Below are positions 26,268-40,345 of a stretch of 64,000 bases of DNA, piece by piece. The position numbers and the translations under genes were made by a program. Under the pieces are notes generated by a model that worked only from the letters and a program-made list of their open reading frames with translations, was not told the DNA's origin and made no database searches. Source of the DNA: Octopus vulgaris (Eukaryota); the NCBI GenBank assembly GCA_951406725.2, contig OX597828.1:69936001-70000000 (forward strand), read 5' to 3'. The first letter of the stretch is position 1, and the number at the start of each line of letters is the position of its first letter.

Positions 26268-26493
26268 GAGCTGGCAGAAACGTTAGTGCGCCGGGCGAAA
26301 TGCTTAGCGGTATTTCGTCTGCGTTACGTTGTGAGTTCAAATTCCGCCGAGGTCGACTTTGCCTTTCTTCCTTTCGGGGTCGATAAATTAAGTACCAGTT
26401 ACGCACTGGGGTCGATGTAATCGACTTAATACCTATGTCTGTCCTTGTTTGTCCCCTCTGTGTTTGGCCCCTTGTGGGTAATAAAGAAATAGG
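26268..26493 (+). mobile_element. SINE family B monomer with TSD GGAAGATGAGGA
   Basis: Near-consensus copy; the repeat is present on both flanks. Confidence 0.92.
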
Positions 26494-27231
26494 AAGATGA
26501 GGAAACCAGAAGGATTTCAGAAGCCAGACACCCGGCTCGGCTGTTTGTAGCAGAAGGAACTCTGCTAAAGACGACCAAAGTCCCAGGTGATGGTGCCAAA
26601 TCGGGCGTCGGAATAATTCTACCACCCGACAAGGATATAGCAGGATTTGAACTCAGAACGCAATGAACCGAAAAAATACCGTAAAGTATTCTATTGATGC
26701 TCCAACGGTTCTACCGGTTCGCCAACTGTTCGTGTTCAATACAAACACATACATATTCATAAACACACCAACACATAGACACATACATATACACACACAA
26801 TGCATACATACGTGTCTACATATATCTATGTGCTTATATGTACACACACACATATATATATATACATACATATATATATATACATACATATATGCATACA
26901 TACACATACACATATATATATATATATACAGACAGACAAATAGATAGATTAGATAGATAGACAGATAGATCGATCGATAGATAGACAGACAGATAGATAG
27001 GTATATAGATAGACAGACAAACATATAGATAGATCGATAGATAGACAGATAAATAGCTAGATAAATAGATTGATAGACAGACAGACAGATGGATAGATTG
27101 ACAGACAGCTAGATAGATGTGTGAGTACACACACACACAGACATCTATATACATGCGCACAGTTACATATTTCAAAAAGCTGTTCTACCACCACCGGTTA
27201 GGGTTCCGTGCTTGATGCTGTTCTTTTACTG

Positions 27232-27620
27232 CCATTTGATAGAACGAATTCATTTTCATGATGGTATTTCGAAATTAACTCTCATCTTTTATTTAACAAC
27301 TTAAAGCATTGGTGGGGATGAAGCATTTTTTCATTATTACGGGGGTTGTACGATTTAGAACAGGCGTTGTATTTGTTGCTAAAATGTACGGAGTAGGTCA
27401 TACTAGACATTACTAATGCCATTATGCTTTAAATCCCATATGTATTTTGATAATGCAGCGCCATTTGTTTCGTCTAAAGCTTCAAATGTGGGCTTGTAAT
27501 TTAGATACTGGCTTTTGAAATTGCTCTAATACATTCCAATATAGGATTTAAGAGATTTTTTTTCTCAGCTGGGACACTGTAGTTAGGTAGATTAGCGATT
27601 CGGCTTTGTATTGTTCGCAA
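27232..27620 (-). pseudogene. PLE GIY-YIG C-terminal relic
   Basis: Minus strand reads YIGMY*SNFKSQYLNYKPTF..NGAALSKYIWDLKHNG..LLNKR*ELISKYHHENEFVLSN. Compare PLE LNKRSELISKCRHxNKF. Confidence 0.8.
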
Positions 27621-27911
27621 AGTCATTGAATTACCGGATGGTTTGGAGGGCCCAGCTGTTGACATCAATATGAGGTCACACGTTACCACACAAAACAACA
27701 ACAACATAACACAAAATAGAAATACAAATTAATTATAGGAAACAATACAGAGAAATCTAAAAGAGAACGGAATAAAGCAAAAAAGCTACAATTCCGTGGC
27801 AAAAGAAAATTGCTTTATTGAATCAAATGGAAAATGTATTTTCTTCAGACAAATCAAAATTCTTTTGCTGCACCCACACTTGTTTACTACTTTTCATACA
27901 AAGTTTCATAC

Positions 27912-28105
27912 TAAGTCAGTCACTAGACTACAGCCATGCTGGAGCACCGCCTGCAAGAGTTTAGTCGATCAAATTGATCATGGTGCATGTTTTCGAAGTC
28001 CGGTACTTCGTCAGTCGTACTCTTTTAAAGAACTGCTTGGTTGTGGGGATATAAACAATCCAACACCGGTTGTCAAACTGCAGGACTGACATAAATACAC
28101 ACACA
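27912..28105 (-). mobile_element. SINE family A, 3' half
   Basis: CAGCCATGCTGGAGCACCGCC..CCAACACCGGTTGTCAA. Confidence 0.7.
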
Positions 28106-28108
28106 AAC

Positions 28109-28151
<43 letters not shown>

Positions 28152-28340
28152 GAGAAAGAGAGAGATAAAGTGAGAGACAGGCAGATAGTTAAACAGAGAG
28201 ATAGATAGATAGACAGACAAACAGATAGATAACTAGTTAGATAGATAGGTAGATAATTAAAGAGAGAGAAACAGAGACAGACACAGATAGACAGAGAGAT
28301 AGGTAGACAGACAGATAGATTGACAGACAGACAGACAGAC

Positions 28341-28379
<39 letters not shown>

Positions 28380-28482
28380 CAGATAGATAGATAGACAGAT
28401 AGGCAGACAGACAGATAGATAGATGGATGGATGGATGGATAGATAAATAGAGTAGAATATTTCTGGATATATCATATAACCG

Positions 28483-28541
28483 GATCACCATTGGTTTCGT
28501 GTCTATTATTGCACTTGGTAACACAGGCAGCTCATCAGATT
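28483..28541 (-). ncRNA. Degenerate hammerhead motif
   Basis: Minus strand CTGATGA G..C GAAA CCAATG GTG. The triplet is GUG, which is non-cleavable. Confidence 0.45.
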
Positions 28542-29571
28542 TGCGTGTATGCAGGTATGTATGCAGGTATGCATGTACATATGTATGTGTGTATTTGTAC
28601 ATATATGTATGTATGCATATGTATGTATACATATGGATGAATGACATGCATATATATACATGTATATATACGCACACATTCAAAGTTATAGGCACTCACT
28701 CACACACACATACATGTGTGTGGGGGGATAGGCGGAGTCAGCACTTGTGTTCAGCGTTGGACACTCATCTTTAAGGATGCATGTGTACACATACATGTAC
28801 GTGTGTGTGTGTGTGTGTGTGTGTAAGCATAAGCTTCTCTGCAGACGTTTACCTGCATGTGTGTGTATATATGTATACAATTAAGTATGGTAGCATGTGC
28901 GTGTATATGTACAGGTATTTACGTCTATGAGTGTATGCGTGTGTGTGTGTGTGTGTGTGAGAGTGTATGCGTGTGTGTGTGTGCGTGTGTACCTTTCTCT
29001 TTACTCTCTCTCTCTCCCTCCCTCTCTAAACGAGGTGTTATATTTACGTCACTTCTCTAATTTTCTTCCTGTTCTTTTTCTTCTTCTTGTTGGTGTTGGT
29101 CATTGTCAATGTCGGCGATGTTGTTATTATTGTTGGTGTTGTTGTTGTTTTTGTCGTCTGTTTGTTCTTTTATTCACCTCGAAATGAGTTTAGTTAAGTC
29201 TAGAACGACAATAATTGTTGTTCTCGTTGTTGTTGTCTTTTGTTGAGTTTTTGTCGCTGATAAAGGCATTCCACCGCCATTAAATGGAGACAGTGTTTAG
29301 GGGTAGGACACACTCACACACTTACACACACCTTCTTGCTCTTTTGCTCACCTCTGTCTCTCCTCTCACCACATATATATATATATATACATACATATAT
29401 ATATATATATGTATATATACAAGTGCATACAGACACATATATACGTACATGCACATACAACATATATACAAACATATATACACATCTTTATACGAATGTA
29501 TATACATTTGTGTATGCGTCATCGTGTATTATACTTATATGTATACATACATGCCTACATATATATTTATA

Positions 29572-29646
<75 letters not shown>

Positions 29647-29677
29647 GAGAGAGAGATGTATAGATAGATAGACAGAC

Positions 29678-29785
<108 letters not shown>

Positions 29786-29814
29786 GTACTTGTAATTAGT
29801 TAGCACACGTAGAC

Positions 29815-29930
29815 AAGGTAGTGTGGTTATGAAATTTGCTTCGTGGTTTCAGGTTCAAGCGCAGCACCCTTTTCCTTGAACATGCTAGTGTTTAATTCAT
29901 TTATCATTATCATTATTATTATTATCATCA

Positions 29931-29970
<40 letters not shown>

Positions 29971-29972
29971 CA

Positions 29973-30024
<52 letters not shown>

Positions 30025-30046
30025 CAATATTATTATTATTTTATCA

Positions 30047-30114
<68 letters not shown>

Positions 30115-30183
30115 TTGTTTTCTTGCTGTTTTAACTTCAAGTTGACCAATACCTTGCGAGTGGAATTTGGCGAACGGAATCTG
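29815..30183 (+). mobile_element. Degenerate SINE family A head split by an (ATT)n tract (about 29900-30113)
   Basis: GTGTGGTTATGAAATTTGCTTC..AGGTTCAAG lies before the tract and TTGACCAATACCTTGCGAGTGGAATTTGG after it. Confidence 0.6.
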
Positions 30184-30835
30184 GTCAGCCCGGCATCTTA
30201 TGACAGGAAAGCTCCTTTCAAATTCAGGTAAAGTCCAAGCGACTCGCATCCAAACAGCTACCGTCTGTCTAACTTCGCCGAAAAGGCATGGGTCCATCTG
30301 AAACTGTGCTAAAAGAAACTTTCCCAAGATGTCGACCAGATCTGAAGGTTCTAGCAGGGGCAACGTAATGCTTCTACCTACGGTCCAAATATCCGGTTTG
30401 TAAATATAACAAATTCCCCAGTGGAAGAGCAAGCGCGTCGGATAGCGCGAATGCCGTAGCCGTAAGCGCCATTCGTTGTTGAGGGGCATGTTCGGAATTT
30501 CACTGGGAATACAGGTTCGAACGCGATCCCCGGTCCCGTGCATACACACTTTCGTTGTATGGTTGGACTACAAGTGCCGTCTGTGACACCGTATTGTTTG
30601 GTCTTTATAGTTTAATGCGGAGAGATTACGGGTCCTGGCGGGGCTGCTATATTAAATGAGGGATCTAATAATGTTGATACTGTGTTATTTGCAAGCCTAT
30701 TATAAAAACTTTCTTTCCGTGACCATCCCACTCGACCCTGATCTCCAGAATCCCCTAAGTAGGCCTACATTAGCCAATGTTTCAATGCTATACTATACAG
30801 CAGAATGAATGTAAAGAATTTATCCAACACTGTAT

Positions 30836-30928
<93 letters not shown>

Positions 30929-30929
<1 letters not shown>

Positions 30930-31066
30930 GAAAGAAGGTTTGAAAATGCAATTTAAAAGATGTTTATTTACTTTACCGGTTTCACTCTTTGGAAAAAGAT
31001 TGTCAAAAGTAACATGTGGAGATTTGGTTGTGTTAATTATTGGTTGTTGCAAATTGCTACATTACA
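30929..31066 (-). mobile_element. PLE pLTR-like insert between (TA)n tracts with degenerate HHR (30969-31011)
   Basis: Minus strand tactt TTGACAA..GAAA CCG GTA aagta, then AATAAA. Stem I 5 bp, palindromic ACCGGT. Confidence 0.5.
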
Positions 31067-31379
31067 TATATATATACAGTCTTTGGTAACAGGGACATGT
31101 TAAGGACATGAAAAAGTTCAACAAGTTCCTTAAAATATTGGGCAAAAAAGATTACATAAATAATCGTTCTCAAGGACATACTTAAGATAGTTTCCAGAAG
31201 GAATTGATATTGGTACTGTATCTGTATATTCAAACATGCACAGAATATTGGTTGACACAGAGTACTATAATCCATATAAATATACAGTCTTTGGTGACAA
31301 CAGTATGTTGAGAATATAAAAAAGTTTAACAAGCTCATTGAAGTAATGGGCAGAAAAGATTAAAACAAATATATTTATA

Positions 31380-31510
31380 TGTATTAGTATAACGCTCAGG
31401 AATGGAAAAAGTCTTTTACGTTTCGAGCCTACGCTCTTCTACAGAAAGGGACACAGAAAAAAAACAAGGAGAGAAAAAATGTGTGTAGTGGCTAACGATC
31501 TATCATGGCG
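31380..31510 (-). mobile_element. PLE pLTR-like fragment with HHR-like motif (31413-31448)
   Basis: Near-identical inverse of about 23320-23427. Confidence 0.7.
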
Positions 31511-33304
31511 ACTGATATATATATACGCAGTCGCATATACCCTGTCTTTATATATACAACGTCTTTGCAGGTGGAAAAACAGGTGAGATTAATCTGGTTA
31601 GAAATGCCGTGTTGGCATTTCACCAGTTTTCCCCGTAACAATCCGCGGCGATACTCTTTTTAAAGTCAATTTTACTAACAGTTTCACTAAACCAGAATTG
31701 ACCGATTTGCGTAGATAACGCATTCTTAGCAGCTAGTTGGTTTAATAAACTACTGCAGCATTAACGATGTTTATTTCCATGTGTCTGACCATCTCTAAAA
31801 AGACAGAATGCGATTTCAGGGTGATTTAGCTGCTATGTCTTGCAAATCCAGTGCCAACATAGAGGCTGTCTTGTTGGTTCATAATAGCAGTGGTGGTCAT
31901 GGTTGTGGCTGCTGCTGTTGTTGTTGTTGTTATTCCTGTTATTACTGTTGATATAGCTTTATTGCTATTGTTGTTGATACTGTTGTTGTAGCAATTGTTG
32001 CTGTTTTTGTGATTATTTTTGTTGTTGTTATTGTTACTGTTGTTGTTGTTGTTGTTGTTATTGTTGTACCAGAAAACTCTAATAAAGCCAATTTTTCAGA
32101 AAGTGTCATGAAATTAATGTTATTTTAGAATTAGCAAAGCTTTCATTCATTGTCTCTCTCTGTCTTACTTTCTTCTTTCTTTCTTTCTCTTTTTCTTTCT
32201 TTTTTTCTCTTTCTTTCATTAACTCACCTTTCAATTCACCAATATTTCTCTACTTCAGCCCCATCCGTTTTCTCAAATGTACTCAGGCACACACACACAC
32301 ACACACACACACACATGCTCACACGCCAACATACAAATATGTAATCACACACAACATACACACTAACACACAACCATATGCACAACAATCTACACGTCCA
32401 CAAACACATTGTCCAACACACAGGAACAAATACACACACAGAGAAACACATGTTCACCAATCCGATACAACCACCACCACCACCACTACCACAGCCACCA
32501 CCACCGCCGCCGCGACCACCACTACCACCACAACCACCAATACCACCACCACCACCACTACCACCACCACCACCACCAAATAGGCAGCGAACTTGGCGGA
32601 ATCGTTAGAAAGCTGTACAGAGTTCGCGGTATTTGTTCCAACTTTGCGATCTAAGTTCAAATCTAGCAGAAGTCAATTTCTCGTTCAACCTTTCGCGGGT
32701 GGCGAATAAAATATCTGGCAATTCCCGTAATGGTCTACTTGGATGGTAGACTCACTCCACCACCTACATGAACACCGCCACCTGGCGACCTTTTCAGTAC
32801 CTTTAATGGAGTCCACTCTGAATAAAGCATTCAGGCCATATCTCGAGTCAAAGGATACCAGTGTTGTTGCTGCTGCTGCTGTTGTTTTTGTTGTTGGTGG
32901 TGATGGTGGTGGCGGTGTTGGTAGTGGTGTTGGTTGATAATAGTTTAATAGTAGCACCGGTTTTGGTGATGCTGCTGTTTGTTGTTCTTCCTGATTTAGC
33001 GATATCATAAATACTTTATTTTCTTGAAAATAGATAGCAGAGATTTCATATTATGTCAACAAGTCGAGATGAGCTATAGTTATTTCCGCATTTATGAGTG
33101 TGGACTGGTTTACGGTATCATCTTTAGGAACCGGAGTAGTTGACATTTAGTCCTTCTTTAAGTTCAAGGTTCAAATTCCGCCAAGGTCGACTTTGCCTCT
33201 CATCCTTTCGGGGTCGATAAAGTAAGTACCAGCTGAACACTGGTGTTGATGTAATTGACCCACCAAAATTTCAGGACTTGGGCCTATTGTAGAAATGATT
33301 ATTA

Positions 33305-34345
33305 GTATTTTTCTGTCATTTATAAAATATTTTATCTTATGATATTAATCTGTAGTGCATAGTTGACATTGCCTTGTTCAATTTTCGTAGGAGTGTCGTG
33401 TTTAATAAATCATCAAAGAATATCAAAATGATCATATCGTTCTTTCAAGTCCCATACATATCTGGTGAATGTTGTAGCGCTCCTCTTTCCCTTGTACTTG
33501 AATTTAGATTTATGTTTGAGTAAACAGTTTTTAAAGGTGCATTTGTTCATATCAATATAAATGGAAGCGATCTGCCCGCGATTTCAACTTTGTTTCACTG
33601 AAATTTGCTTTTGTTGAATATGATTTATTAAGGTGGTAGCTCTTTTTTTCGTTTGCATCAACACTCAAGTTTGATGTTATTCAGAGTTGACACAACTTTA
33701 CCTTTGTTACATAATTTATGATTGCATGGAAAATGGCTTTCAAAAACGCCGGACCATTTGCCAGTCATTCTTAATTGTAAAATATTTATTGAGGGAAAGG
33801 TAGTTTCTGTTTGTTATTTGCTGTGTATGCATGGCTAATAAATTGCTTTGCCTTTAAACCCGCTCCTCTTTGTAGCATTATGATGATAATGTCAGCTTTA
33901 TTGAATGTTGCTTCGTCTGAGAAGGCGTCATTTTTCTACATATATTGCTAGCTTATTTTTTCAATGTATCTGCATGAGTTTTCATTACTTTTTTTTTCAT
34001 CTGGTTGATATCTACGGCTCTCTAGGTTTAATGTTATGTCTAGAAAATTTTCACTGCCAGTAATTGAAACATTAAATCAAATGTGGAAAAAATATCTATG
34101 TATCTCGCTATCTAATGCACTACTACATAGTTCAAGGTTGCAAAGCCATCATCTCTGTACAGTCACATGTCTGGTGTTTTCAATTTTGGTGTTTCTAAAA
34201 AGCATAATATATAAGACAACCAGCTCAAATAACGCGCCCCAGTCGTAGCTATCCATTTTTGAATCAAATAAGACCAGTGTTTTTCACAAACGTTGAATCG
34301 TTGTTGAAAACCAGAAATTTTATAGCGTTCGTTATTATTTTAACA
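33305..34345 (-). pseudogene. Decayed PLE reverse transcriptase plus GIY-YIG ORF
   Basis: Minus strand: FDSKMDSYD (compare FDVTMGSYDG, about 34256), LYRDDG (34162-34145), NFLDITLNL, SDEATFNKA, IYIDMNKCTFKNCLLKHKSKF..ATTFTRYVWDLKE and CQLC. Confidence 0.85.
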
Positions 34346-34887
34346 TCATTTCTGTTAATGATGGCCCACATCCTTCCGTATTCTAATTCCTCTGTGAGAA
34401 ACGGTTTGGCAATTAACGAGTAACACTCGGCAATGTCGAACGGAGTGAAATCTTATCTAGTTTTGCTTTTTGATAAGAGTCTGATGAAACAGTGCGGTGA
34501 AAGTGCTGAATGTAGGTGAAACAATAAGTAAGGTGTAATGTTTTACTGTAGGTGGTGGTTGTGGTGGTGGCGGCGGCGGCGGTGGTGGTGTAGGTGATAC
34601 AATGCAGAGGGTGACTGTAGGCGGAGTAAAGTAGATGCTGCCAAAATCTTGTTAAATTGACAGAATATAAAAAAGACAACAAAAGTAAAAAACCTAATGA
34701 CTTCAGATTTTTTTTCTTTCTTGGCAATGTGGAAACATTTAACCTAATTTTCTTTCGTGTTTGTTGTTGCTGTTGTTGTTGTTGCTGCTGTTCTTGTTGC
34801 TCTGTTTATTATTATTATTATTTTTATTTTTATTTTTTGTATTTTGTGGTTTTTATTGTTACCGTGGTACTACTGTCGTTGCTGCTT

Positions 34888-34918
<31 letters not shown>

Positions 34919-35324
34919 GTCTGATACTTTTGTGTTTTTCTTATGTTGTTGTGTCTGTTGTTTTTGTTTTATTGTTGTTGTTCTTGTTCGTGTTGTCACT
35001 GTCGTTGTTGCTGTTGTTGTTTGTTTTATTGTTGTTTTTGTTGATTACTCTGCTGTTTTCGTTTATTTTATTGTTGTTGTTGTTGTCGCAAAAGAAGACA
35101 AGACACAACACACACCAATTTGTTTAATGTTTCATAGATAAATCCTGATGTTGTGGCATTCACACCTTTCCCTGAAATATTTCCCACGCAAGAGAACCGA
35201 AACTTCCTCGACGGTGGATCGAACCCAGGTTGCGGATTCAGCTTGCCAATATCTAACTTCACAACTTATCCATTCAGTTCTAATAAATGATGCTGTTGTT
35301 AGCGTTATTTCTATTTTTCTAAGG

Positions 35325-35950
35325 CAGAGAGCTGGCAGAACAGTTAACGCGTCGGAGAATGTTACTAACAAGCATTTCTTCTTGTTCTGAGTTCAAATCC
35401 TGCCGAAGTCGGCTTTACTTTTGTTGTTTCTTGTTTTGTTTTTTTTTTGATCGATACAATAAATACCTATTTCTTTACTACCCACAAGGGGCTAAACACA
35501 GAGACAGACAAACGGATTAAGTCGATCATATTGACTCCAGTGCGTAACTGGTGTTTATTTAATCGATCCCGAAACGATGAAAGGCAAATTCGACCTCGAC
35601 GGAATTTGAACTCAGAACGTAGCGGCAGACGAAATACCTATTTCTTTACTACCCACAAGGGGCTAAACACAGAGAGGCCAAACAAGGACAGACAAACGGA
35701 TTAAGTCGATTATATCGACCCCAGTGCGTAACTGGTATTTATTTAATCGACCCCGAAACGATGAAAGGCAAAGTCGACCTCGGCGGAATTTGAACTCAGA
35801 ACGTAGCAGCAGACAAAATACCGCTTGGCATTTCGCCCGGCGTGCTAACGTTTCTGCCAGCTCGCCGCCCTGTTGAGGGTTGGGGTCAATGTAATCGACT
35901 TACTCCCTTCCCCCTTAACATCGCTGGGTTTGTACCTAAATTTGGAAGTT
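35325..35950. mobile_element. Old SINE B (+) interrupted by a SINE B dimer (35462-35869, -)
   Basis: Host head at 35325-35460 and host tail at 35870-35950. Dimer junction at about 35637. Confidence 0.85.
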
Positions 35951-35956
35951 ATTTAT

Positions 35957-36080
35957 TTGCAAAGGAAAATGAGGGTGAAGAAAGAGGTGCAGTGCTCGAG
36001 TAAATTTATTGAAAGGTGGGTCAAAGCTGCGAAAAAGGCAAGAGTGAATGGTACTGCTCTAAGAATGGGTCTGTGAATCG
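35957..36080 (+). mobile_element. L1/Tx1-like ORF2 C-terminal fragment (tentative)
   Basis: LQRKMRVKKEVQCSSKFIERWVKAAK..L* is homologous to RMEKEVLFPIKFVERWMRV at about 42268. Confidence 0.55.
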
Positions 36081-36363
36081 GAGAAAAGGAAATATATAAA
36101 AGTTTATATATATTTTGATGGCAAAATCCTTGTAGAAAATGTCTTGTGTTATTTATTCCGTTACGTCATGTTCTGGTTTCTCCGAGGTCCACTTCCATTT
36201 TCCTTCATCCAGATAAAATAAAATACTCTTCAAGTATTAGAGGCAATGCGAACGCTGAATCCCCTCCCCTCAAAATTTCTGCCTACATCTGAAAGTATCC
36301 ATCCTGTTGTTCATGTTGTGATGGTGAGTTGTCAGAGTTGTTTGAGCGTCAGACAAAATGTTT

Positions 36364-36395
<32 letters not shown>

Positions 36396-37001
36396 TCGGC
36401 TCTTTATATTCCGAGTTCAAATTCCACCGTGGTCAACCTCAATCCCCACCACCCCCGCCCCAAAATCGATCTAACAAAGGATCTGTCAAGTACTGCAATC
36501 GACGGTATCGACAAGCCGCCCCCCCCTAAAACTACTGACCTTCGACCTAAATCAGAAGCCATTGCTGTTGTTTTAGCTGTTTAACCCTCGTGCAGGTGTG
36601 ATCGAACTCACCTATGGTCAACAACATTTCAACCATGCCCACCCCATCTTTTGACAAACTCTGAGCCCTAGGACAGTATCTGAGTGGTAATCCAGCATGG
36701 CCGCTGCCCGTTGACTGAAAGCAAAAATGTAATAAATCAAAAAACAAAAAAAACTATATATTTGACCATGTTATATGATAAATCTTAAAATGCAGTTTGT
36801 CTAAGTGTTCGTGAAAACATTTGATCATACATTTGGTCATAGATTTTATGATATGTCATATCTACGCTGAATATTAAACTGGTCTGCATAGAGTAGTCAT
36901 TTAATTTCCCAACCTCCGAGAATAAATTCTCCAATCGACCAATATTATCACCATTGCTGCTGCTGCTACTGCTGTTGCTACTGCTGTTGCTACTGCTGTT
37001 G

Positions 37002-37059
<58 letters not shown>

Positions 37060-37162
37060 AATTCAATTAGTATCACACACATACATGTATATATATAAAT
37101 AAACTTACTATAAATATGTGTGTATGTACCTATGTATATACGTATGTATGCAAGCATATCTG

Positions 37163-37258
<96 letters not shown>

Positions 37259-37936
37259 AAATATATATACATATGCATACACACATTCTTATATGCTAAC
37301 ATACATACATACATAACATGCGTATGTATACGTATCCACAACGCATGTATGCGTATATCAATGCATATGTCCGTATGCATGCATGTTTCTATGTATGTGT
37401 GTCTGATTGTGCATGTATGTATTTACAGCTATATATAATCAAACACACACACGCACACACTCACTTTCACACACACGCACACACACTCATACGCACACGC
37501 ACTTTCACACACACTTTATTAACACAGACAGACACACGGAGATGAAAATACATTGACATACACATCTAAACACACATTTAAACACACAGACCACTCGTTA
37601 GTGCCCAATGTCCAGCACCACCACCGCCGCCACCACCACCACCACCACCACCACCACCACTACTACCCCCACTACTACCAACACCACTTCTACTACTACT
37701 TCCTCCACCACCACCTCCATCACTGCAACTACCACCGCCACCACTACCACCACCACCACCACTACTGCTACTACAAGCCCCACACCAAACTGACCAGTGT
37801 CAATCAACCCTAATCCTCCAACAAGATCCAACCTGTCTGTCCAGTGTAAATATTTGTCGTCAACTATTGATGGCTTGGTCTTAGTAGTTGCCCTTATTAG
37901 CTGAGAGGTCAGTCTATTTATGCCGACAGGAATCAT

Positions 37937-38480
37937 AAACTATAGGCTCTGAACCATACCCTACTGTTGTTCAAACTATAGGCTATAATTCATCCCCTGC
38001 TACAGTTGAAAATATAGGCTATCGTCATACTCACTGCTATTAAAACTATAAGTGAAAGGTCATCTTATGCTTAGGCCATCTACTACCAATGTAGAGGGCT
38101 AGGGGCCCTCTTCTGCTGTTGTCAACACTAAAGAATACATACCATTTTCTACAGACAAAAATTTCTGCTGTTTTTGAAATTATATTCTCTGTTGTTGTTC
38201 AAGAGAGAAGCCATGTCATTCTCTCTCGTTGTTCAACCTATTAGCCATGGACTATATTAGCTGTTGTCAAAATGATAGACTATTGGTCATTGCATGCCAT
38301 TGTTAAGCCTACAGACCGCGAACCATTCCCCGCTGTTGTCCTGCCTATTGCTATCAAACTTTCCCTGCTTTTATTCAGGCAATACGTTATGGATCCTCTT
38401 GTTGAAACTATAAACTAAATCCTGCTTCCTGTTGTTTTTCAGTTCCTAGCCTATACAGGCCACTGTCTGATGTCCTCCAT
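37937..38480. repeat. Highly diverged minisatellite of about 36 bp (AAACTATAGGCT...CTGCTGTTG)
   Basis: The first three units are clear (36, 36 and 33 bp); later units decay. Confidence 0.6.
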
Positions 38481-39972
38481 AACATAGACCAGTGCTACTT
38501 GGTTTGAGCAGTTGCAACAACCTTGAGCGATTTGTGAACTAACAAGATCGCTTTATGTGACTCCTAGATGTTTAGAGAAGTCAAAGAAAATATTTCAAAC
38601 AAATACAAAACTTCAGTTTTAAACACATTTTCAAATAATAAAAAAAAATGTGAGAGAGAAAAACCTTTGTTAGGGTTAAAGTATGAAAAAAAGATATTGA
38701 GTTATCAGTGAGTAGAAAAGAGTATGAGAAGTGTCGACAAGGTCCGTGTGGTTTCCTTATGTAAGTCCTCGCCTTGCTTTTAGTAATTGCAATAAAAATT
38801 TAATGGAATGGGGCAACAGTGCAGTCCATGAAAACATTTAAAAAAAACAACAGGAAGCAAGAAAGGACATGCCGGATGAGACAGAAGAAAATTATGAAGG
38901 AAACACGGACCCTAAATATCAGCTCAAAATTAGTTGCTCTTTCATAAAAATAATCTGTCTTTCTGTCTGTCTGTCTCTATACATGCCTCTCTTTGTTTAC
39001 ATCTCTCTCTCTTTCTCCCCCACCACCTCTCCGCAAAACATGGGATGGGTGCGGGTGGCATTTTTACAATGCTAGTCTGTTGCAAATGGTAGTGGTGAAC
39101 GACAAAAGGTTGAGAACCACCACTATAGGATATTGGTAAATCTCTGTTCTTCAAACGGTGTGCAACGACGCAGCTGGAGAGTGTGCCGCCGCCTAGGGCA
39201 GCCCTTGAGTTCTCCGTCACCCCTGCAAACCTAAAATGCCACTTAGGCGGACCTACCTCATCGCTCCACCACCAAACTTTGGTCACGCTACTAATGCTAT
39301 GAGCCACTTATTGCAACACTTCATAGAGCAAATGTTGGGTTAATCCTTTCTGTTAATATTCCAGCCTAAACACGATTCTTCGATGTCTTCCACGACATAA
39401 GCAATAAAAAGTTCCTTGGCTGTTGGTCATACTGCCAGCTATGAAGCAATCCTAGATATTCTTCAGACTCTAAACCGGATTTAGACATGGTGTACCACGA
39501 AACTATGTAGGGCCTGGAAACCCCTTGTTAAAAAATATATATTCCCTGTCTGGATTTAGATTGCAAGACTCTTGATGTGGACTTGTGTGTTGAAAGAGAT
39601 TTTGTTCTATCTTGAGAGGGTCATTATGCCAATAATGAACACACGCACTGGTCCTGTCTCACTTCTATTTTTATTAGTCAACTAGTTAACTATTTAAACA
39701 ATTAACTTATTGATTAATCATTCGGTTAATCAATCAGTCAGTTAACTTTGTCAAAGTCGTCGACGAACAGACATACCAGAAGCTGACCTGAAGTAGAGAC
39801 GGTATGTGATTATTGAGGTCGCGAATTTGCGCAGCTGCAATTGCGACGTGTCTAATACGCTTGTGTGTCTTTTGTGCCATTAGAAAACGCTTGGTTGGAA
39901 TGATATCAGTGATATATTATAGGTGTATAGCATAACTATGAAACAACAACAGTGATATAACTCAGACGTGCA

Positions 39973-40345
39973 AGACGGCGAGCTGGCAAAATGGTTATCA
40001 CGCCGACAAAATGCTTCGCGGTATTTCATGTCTTAACGCTCTGAGTTCAAACTCTGCCGAAGTCGATTTTGTTTTTCAACCCTTTCAGAGTCGACCAACA
40101 CGCCCCACCACCCCGAAATTTCTGGCATTGTGCCAAAACTTGAAATCCATATTACTTTTCAATAAGGCGTTGGCGAAGTAGAATCGGTAGCATGCCGGAC
40201 AAAATGCTTAGCCAAGGTCGACTTTGCCTTTCATTCTTTCGGTGTTAATAAAATAAGTACCCGCTGAGCAAACTGGGGTCGATTCAATCAACCTGCACCC
40301 CCGTCTCTCGGAATAGCTGTCCTTGTGCTAACATTTGAAACCGAT
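39973..40345 (+). mobile_element. Two degenerate SINE B copies in tandem
   Basis: GGCGAGCTGGCAAAATGG.. and GGTCGACTTTGCCTTTCATTCTTTCGG. Confidence 0.7.

Noticed and set aside
32454-32580. Poly-Pro/His/Thr ORFs (also 37608-37793 and 34550-34590)
   Set aside because: (CCA)n trinucleotide repeats.
34480-34512. CTGATGA..GTGAAAG hammerhead-like motif
   Set aside because: No NUH triplet with a paired stem I; likely chance.
39100-39125. AAAAGGTTGAGAACCAC hAT-like terminus
   Set aside because: No matching opposite end or TSD found.
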